Below, in pieces: positions 59,176 to 64,000 of a stretch of 64,000 nucleotides of DNA (position 1 is the stretch's first letter; each line of letters starts with the position of its first letter). The notes beneath the pieces are model-generated. The model had not been told where the DNA came from, ran no database searches, and worked only from the letters and a program-made list of their open reading frames with translations. Source of the stretch: a virus; IMG/VR virus record IMGVR_UViG_3300009127_000250, positions 1 to 64,000 of that record. One strand, written 5' to 3'. The translations under genes and the position numbers were made by a program.

Positions 59176-60366
59176 ATGTCCAATTACATTGATCCTTATA
59201 ATCCAATTTTTTATGCCCAAGAAGCACTGATCGTCCTTGAAGACTGCCTGGGCATGGCAGGACGTATCCATCGTGGCTACGATGAAGAACGCAAAAGCGC
59301 AAACAAGGGCGACACCATCCAGATCTCCAAGCCTGGTACTTTCACAACCCAGTCTGGCGGTGATGGAACCGTAAACGACGTCAATCCAACAAAGATCGAC
59401 ATTACCGTCGGCACATGGGAAGAAGTTAAATTCGGCCTTACCGACAAAGAGTTGGCCCACACCACGGAAAAGATCATCACCGATCATATTTCCCCTGCCG
59501 TGTACGCTATCGCCCACAGCATCGAATCCGATGTTACCGATCTTTACGTGGACTGTCCATGGTCTTACAACCTGGCAAGTTCTCTCACAACCGCCGATAT
59601 CGTCAATGCCCGTAAGGTTCTTCGGGATACAGCCGGTACGCTGATTGATCAGGACATGGTTCATTTCGGTCTGGATTCCACCCTTGAGGCGGCCCTGTTG
59701 AACATGACCCTGTTCCACGCTGCTAACGTAGCCGGCGAGCAAGACTCCAAGGCTACCCGCCGGAGGGGTTCTCTCGGTACTCGGTTCGGTGTTGAACATT
59801 TCGTTCAACAAACCCTGACCGATCATACTTCCGGTACGGTTGTTTCGGCCGAAACCGACGTGGCTGGTTCCCTGGGCGCTAACATGGCAATTCGCGCCAC
59901 CACAATGAATCTGGCCGATCTGTCTCTGGTAGAAACTTTGAAAGCCGGTGACAGTTTCGTGATTGCCGGCAACACACAGCGGTACGTTGTTACTGCCGAC
60001 GCCACCCTGTCGAGTGGTGCCAACGCTGCCGTTTCGATCTATCCGCAAGCAGTTCAGGCCTACAGCTCTGGCGCGGTTGTGACGTTTGAAACCATCGGTT
60101 CGGCTAACTACGCCGATCGCTACTTCGCCAACCTGATGTTCCATCGGAACGCTTTCGCTCTGGCTATGGCTCCATTGCCGGAAATCGGCGACGGTGCAGG
60201 CGCGAAAATGGCCGTTGTTCAAGATCCTCGAACGGGTCTGTCTATCCGATCACGGCTGGCCTACGACGACACAAACGCCAAAGTGGTCGTAACCCTTGAT
60301 GCCCTATGGGGCGTTAAGACCCTCGATCCCAACCTGTGTGTAGTCGCCAGACGTAACTACGCATAA
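59176..60366 (+). CDS. Major capsid protein (P22 gp5-like)
   Basis: GDTIQI, NLMFHRNAFALA, D.LWG.K.L.P. Confidence 0.88.
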   Translation: MSNYIDPYNPIFYAQEALIVLEDCLGMAGRIHRGYDEERKSANKGDTIQISKPGTFTTQSGGDGTVNDVNPTKIDITVGTWEEVKFGLTDKELAHTTEKIITDHISPAVYAIAHSIESDVTDLYVDCPWSYNLASSLTTADIVNARKVLRDTAGTLIDQDMVHFGLDSTLEAALLNMTLFHAANVAGEQDSKATRRRGSLGTRFGVEHFVQQTLTDHTSGTVVSAETDVAGSLGANMAIRATTMNLADLSLVETLKAGDSFVIAGNTQRYVVTADATLSSGANAAVSIYPQAVQAYSSGAVVTFETIGSANYADRYFANLMFHRNAFALAMAPLPEIGDGAGAKMAVVQDPRTGLSIRSRLAYDDTNAKVVVTLDALWGVKTLDPNLCVVARRNYA

Positions 60367-60385
60367 ACCGTTTATCCATTAAAAT

Positions 60386-60422
60386 AAAAGGGGCGGTGGC
60401 TCTACAGCCCCCGCCCCTTTTT
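60386..60422 (+). terminator. Intrinsic terminator after capsid gene
   Basis: AAAAGGGGCGG...CCGCCCCTTTTT. Confidence 0.75.
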
Positions 60423-60451
60423 CCATTTTAACCATAAAGGAAGGATATAAA

Positions 60452-60748
60452 ATGAGCGAAATGAGATCTCTGGAAACGATTACAATCGTTAATCCGAAGA
60501 AAAAAAAGAATAAGGATGCGCCCGAGGTTGTTATTATCAATTTAGAGGACTTTGACCCTAAGAAACACACCAAGGCCAAAGCTCCGGAACCGGTGAGCGC
60601 ACAAGCTCAGGCTGAGGAAGTTCTGAAAAAGGCCGAGGAAATGATGAAAGACGCCACGGCTATGATGGAACAGGTTCAGGCCGCTGCCGGAAAACCTGGA
60701 TCCAAAAAGGACGATAAAGATAATAAGGACGACCCCAAAACAAAGTAA
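60452..60748 (+). CDS. Hypothetical virion-associated protein
   Basis: IIN..DFDP..H motif after capsid gene. Confidence 0.6.
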   Translation: MSEMRSLETITIVNPKKKKNKDAPEVVIINLEDFDPKKHTKAKAPEPVSAQAQAEEVLKKAEEMMKDATAMMEQVQAAAGKPGSKKDDKDNKDDPKTK

Positions 60749-60758
60749 GAGGTAAAGC

Positions 60759-61625
60759 ATGGAAATTCTAACCTTGCTCGATGGGGTTAAAGCAACCGGC
60801 GCAAGCGAAGCCCTTAACATCGTAAACATATTACGCGCCCCTGAAACGTACATAAGCCAGATTCCTGCCCATATTTTCGGTACAACGGTTCCAGCTGTAT
60901 CAGCAACGGCTCCCGGACTTGATGATTGCACATCCGGCGGGACGTTCACCGGCGTTGTGGCAACCGATTACCAGGTTAAAATCGATGCGATTGCAGATAT
61001 TGCTGCTGCGGTGCACGCTGGAAGCGGACCGGATGATATAACATCCGGCGGAACATATACCGGTCCCGAGGATTTGGTTTATGTTGTTGAAATTGACGCT
61101 GAAGGCACACCGGATACATTTCAATGGTCAAAGGACGGCGGGCTAACATGGGAAGCCACCGGAGTTGCAATCACCGGTTCGGCCCAAGCTCTTGACAATG
61201 GTGTTACGGTTACATCTGTAGGCACCGATAATCATACTGCTGGTGATACCTGGACGTTTACATGCACCGTGGATACGTTTAAATGGTCGAGTGATGGCGG
61301 GTCAACATTTCCGATAACAGGCGTTTCAATCACGGCCGCTGCTCAAACCCTTGAATTGGGCGTTATCGTAACATTCGGTTCCGCCACTGGACATGCGCTC
61401 GATGATCTTTGGGACATTGCCTGCACTCTGGCCTTTGTCGGAACGGTTTTGATCGAAGCCACACTTGCCACCGATGCCGAAGTTGCCGCCGGAACTGCCA
61501 GGTGGGATACGTTACTCAGTAAAACAGCCGCCGCTCTGGATGAAGTAGCAATTGCATACACCCATATTCGGGCTAACGTAACAGCTTATACGTCTGGAGC
61601 TATTTGGGCGAAGGTGCTTATATAA
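60759..61625 (+). CDS. Virion structural protein with duplicated beta-domain
   Basis: Two DTF.WS.DGG repeats. Confidence 0.65.
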   Translation: MEILTLLDGVKATGASEALNIVNILRAPETYISQIPAHIFGTTVPAVSATAPGLDDCTSGGTFTGVVATDYQVKIDAIADIAAAVHAGSGPDDITSGGTYTGPEDLVYVVEIDAEGTPDTFQWSKDGGLTWEATGVAITGSAQALDNGVTVTSVGTDNHTAGDTWTFTCTVDTFKWSSDGGSTFPITGVSITAAAQTLELGVIVTFGSATGHALDDLWDIACTLAFVGTVLIEATLATDAEVAAGTARWDTLLSKTAAALDEVAIAYTHIRANVTAYTSGAIWAKVLI

Positions 61626-62192
61626 ATGGCTTTAACATTAATCGCTACTGCGGGCGCTGTTGACGCTAACACGTACAGCACGCTCGCAGAGGCAAACACA
61701 TATTTTGAAAGTCGTCTGAACGCCACTGTTTGGGCTGGTGAAACCGATCCCAATAAGAACATAGCTTTGGCTATGGCCACACGGTTGTTTGACCAGGGTA
61801 TCGATTGGAACGGCTTAAAGGCCGCTTCAACTCAAGCCCTTGGATATCCCCGAATTGGTGTTACCGATCCCGAAGGATATCTGGTTGATGAAAGCTCAAT
61901 TCCGGATTTTTTAAAAGAAGCAACGGCTGAATTCGCCATGTGGCTGCTTTCTTCTGACCGCACTGTTGAAGATGGCATGAAAGGCATGAGGCGCATGAAG
62001 CTCGGCAATCTTGATTTAACAGCCGATAAATATGATCGCAAATCTGTCATGCCGGATTTTGTTTATCAGATGGTCAGAGAATATGGCGTCAAGAAAAGAG
62101 GTCCGGCCCGCAGGCTTCAACGAACAAGGGGAGCAAATTACGCTTCGGACGACATTTTAACAATGAATATTGCTGACGGTAGGATCTTTTAA
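61626..62192 (+). CDS. Head-tail adaptor (DnaT-like family)
   Basis: ANTY..LAEA..YF, Q.L..PR, IP...K.A..E.A. Confidence 0.75.
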   Translation: MALTLIATAGAVDANTYSTLAEANTYFESRLNATVWAGETDPNKNIALAMATRLFDQGIDWNGLKAASTQALGYPRIGVTDPEGYLVDESSIPDFLKEATAEFAMWLLSSDRTVEDGMKGMRRMKLGNLDLTADKYDRKSVMPDFVYQMVREYGVKKRGPARRLQRTRGANYASDDILTMNIADGRIF

Positions 62193-62557
62193 TGGGATTG
62201 CAAGATGCGTTTAAAAATGCAGCAGTTGCCGCTTTTAAAGCAGCAAGCGATTTGCTTGAAACGGTAACATTTAAATATATCGAAGACGATTCTGGTTACG
62301 ATACTGAATCAGGAACGCCTTCTGACAGCATTAACGAATATACGGTAGAAATGCTTTTTCTGGATTGGAGTGTCAATGAAGTTGATGGTGTCACAGTGCT
62401 TCCCACGGATATGAAAGCCCAAATCCCTGTGGAAAATATGTCTGTCACTCCAAATCTTAAATGCAAGATCGAGCATAACAGCGTTGATCTTGACATTAAG
62501 AATATTAAAACCGATCCGGCTAAAGCAATCTGGACGTTTCAATTGAGACAGTCGTGA
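62192..62557 (+). CDS. Head closure protein (putative)
   Basis: Synteny, YD..SG, W..QLR. Confidence 0.6.
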   Translation: MGLQDAFKNAAVAAFKAASDLLETVTFKYIEDDSGYDTESGTPSDSINEYTVEMLFLDWSVNEVDGVTVLPTDMKAQIPVENMSVTPNLKCKIEHNSVDLDIKNIKTDPAKAIWTFQLRQS

Positions 62558-62994
62558 AAAATGATACAAGCCAAATAAAAAAAGCATTCGGCCAAGCCAA
62601 ACAGGGTATCAAAGAAGCGTCCAGAGAATTCCGTATCGATGTTGCCACCAAAGCATTTAAACGCATCGTAGCACGCTCTCCTATCCATACCGGCTCATAT
62701 GTTTTAAGCCATCGAATCGGCGTTAAAGCCAAAGACAGCTCCGTGGCAATGCGCTTGTTTCCGGCCGTCAATAAAGAAGGCGTTAAGAAAGAAGCCCTTG
62801 GTGAACTGATTAAATTAAAACAAGTCGGACCTTTTGACACTATCATCATATCGAACTGTATTCCTCATAATATCAATGTTGAATACGTTGGATGGAAGCA
62901 TACCCCGGCTTATCAAGTTTACGGCTTAACGTTCATTGAACTTTTTATGGGAACGCAGATTAGAGGGTTTGTTCCAACTTTAAAATTTGGATAG
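62554..62994 (+). CDS. HK97 gp10-like neck protein
   Basis: SPIHTG, ISN.IP....VEY. Confidence 0.65.
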   Translation: MKNDTSQIKKAFGQAKQGIKEASREFRIDVATKAFKRIVARSPIHTGSYVLSHRIGVKAKDSSVAMRLFPAVNKEGVKKEALGELIKLKQVGPFDTIIISNCIPHNINVEYVGWKHTPAYQVYGLTFIELFMGTQIRGFVPTLKFG

Positions 62995-63000
62995 GCAATT

Positions 63001-63396
63001 ATGTCTTTCGAAGATGAAGCAAAGGCCATAGAGCAACGATTTGAAACCGAATGGGGAGCCACAACGCCCATTAAATGGGAAAACACAGATTATACCCCTG
63101 ATCCGGATGTGACCTTTACGGAACTTGAAATTCATCACGGCCAGGGCGTTCGGCTCGATATCGGATCGTCACAGCGTTACCGATATCCCGGGATCATTTC
63201 AATTAACATTCGGGGGCCGCTGACTAAAGGAACACGGGCTTTAAAGACTCTGGCCGACACAGCACAGGCTGTTTTTCAGGGCGTAACTTTCTCAGGAATT
63301 ATCTGCTACACATCGAGTATAACGCGCATTGGCGAGGTCGATGGGCGGTTTGTATATAACGTATCAACCCCTTTTACAAGGGACGAATCTTTTTAG
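63001..63396 (+). CDS. Tail terminator protein (DUF4128-like)
   Basis: Synteny, WEN..Y, G.I.I.I. Confidence 0.65.
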   Translation: MSFEDEAKAIEQRFETEWGATTPIKWENTDYTPDPDVTFTELEIHHGQGVRLDIGSSQRYRYPGIISINIRGPLTKGTRALKTLADTAQAVFQGVTFSGIICYTSSITRIGEVDGRFVYNVSTPFTRDESF

Positions 63397-63408
63397 TGGA
63401 GGCTTATT

Positions 63409-64000
63409 ATGTCTGACTCAAATAGAGGGCAACTCAGCTACTTAAAGGAAAGTACATGGGGAGAAACCCCTTCCTCGGCTCTTACCGATCTACGTTTTAC
63501 CGGAGAGGATTTCGGCCACGGAGTTGCAACCCGTGAGTCCAATGAAATTCGATCAGACCGACAGGTTCCCGATGCTGTCAGGGTCGGCGGAGAAGCAGCC
63601 GGCGGATTTGATTTTGAACTATCCTATGAAGCACCGCCCGATGAACTTCTGGAAGGTGCGCTGTTCGGCGCCTTTGTGGGCGTCGGTACAGGATCAACCA
63701 CTACGATCACATCCGGAGCCACCGGCTCAAATCTGGATTTCACCCTTGCTTCCGCAGGCAATACCATTACCTTCGGCTCATCTGTGACACACGGAATCGT
63801 AGCCGGTCAATGGGTCGAACTTTACGGTTCAGCCGGCGATGATGGTTATCATCTGGTAACAGCGGTCGATGGGCAGGAACTCACCGTGGAAAGCATCACA
63901 GGCGATGAAGTTTTGGACGAAATTGATGCTGCCACAATCAAGGGCTCAATGCTCCGGAACGGTACAACAATGTCCAGCTTTACGTTCCAACGTCAATTGG
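63409..64000 (+). CDS. Tail tube protein (partial, runs off window)
   Basis: GGAGG RBS; MSDSNRGQLSYLKESTWGETP...SNEIRSDRQ...GGFDFELSY. Confidence 0.8.
   Translation, partial: MSDSNRGQLSYLKESTWGETPSSALTDLRFTGEDFGHGVATRESNEIRSDRQVPDAVRVGGEAAGGFDFELSYEAPPDELLEGALFGAFVGVGTGSTTTITSGATGSNLDFTLASAGNTITFGSSVTHGIVAGQWVELYGSAGDDGYHLVTAVDGQELTVESITGDEVLDEIDAATIKGSMLRNGTTMSSFTFQRQL

Larger units (their letters stand above)
4530..64000. mobile_element. Large temperate prophage (Caudoviricetes), right end outside the window; left boundary approximate
   Basis: Integrase, xis, repressor, replication, terminase, portal, capsid and tail genes. Confidence 0.95.

Noticed and set aside
59077-60222. Long antisense ORFs (also 12869-13777, 32107-32667)
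   Set aside because: Shadow frames of well-supported plus-strand genes

Overview
Host chromosome (gyrA, gpsA, radC; probably Desulfobacterota-like, by inference) up to about 4.5 kb. From there a large temperate tailed prophage, integrated into the 3' end of radC, runs off the right edge of the window. Its modules, in order: integrase/xis; a PAS-PAS-LuxR regulator; a CI/Cro-type switch; early and replication genes (SNF2 helicase, ligase, primase, iteron origin, intein-containing UvrD); an ssb/NADAR block; 5 tRNAs scattered through the early region; ParB; MoxR-vWA; an RM island; an inverted terS-terL(intein)-portal module; and head/tail genes. The top signal is an RNA-guided TIGR-Tas-type system. 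A nuclease-less Nop/IS110-like protein (34696-35565) is followed by an 11-unit, 36-nt dual-repeat/dual-spacer array. A second 5-unit array with the same repeats lies in frame inside the primase gene, and a third mini-array sits beside the origin. Several reconstructed guide targets look like Shine-Dalgarno plus start-codon regions. All calls were made by eye from motifs; no searches were run.
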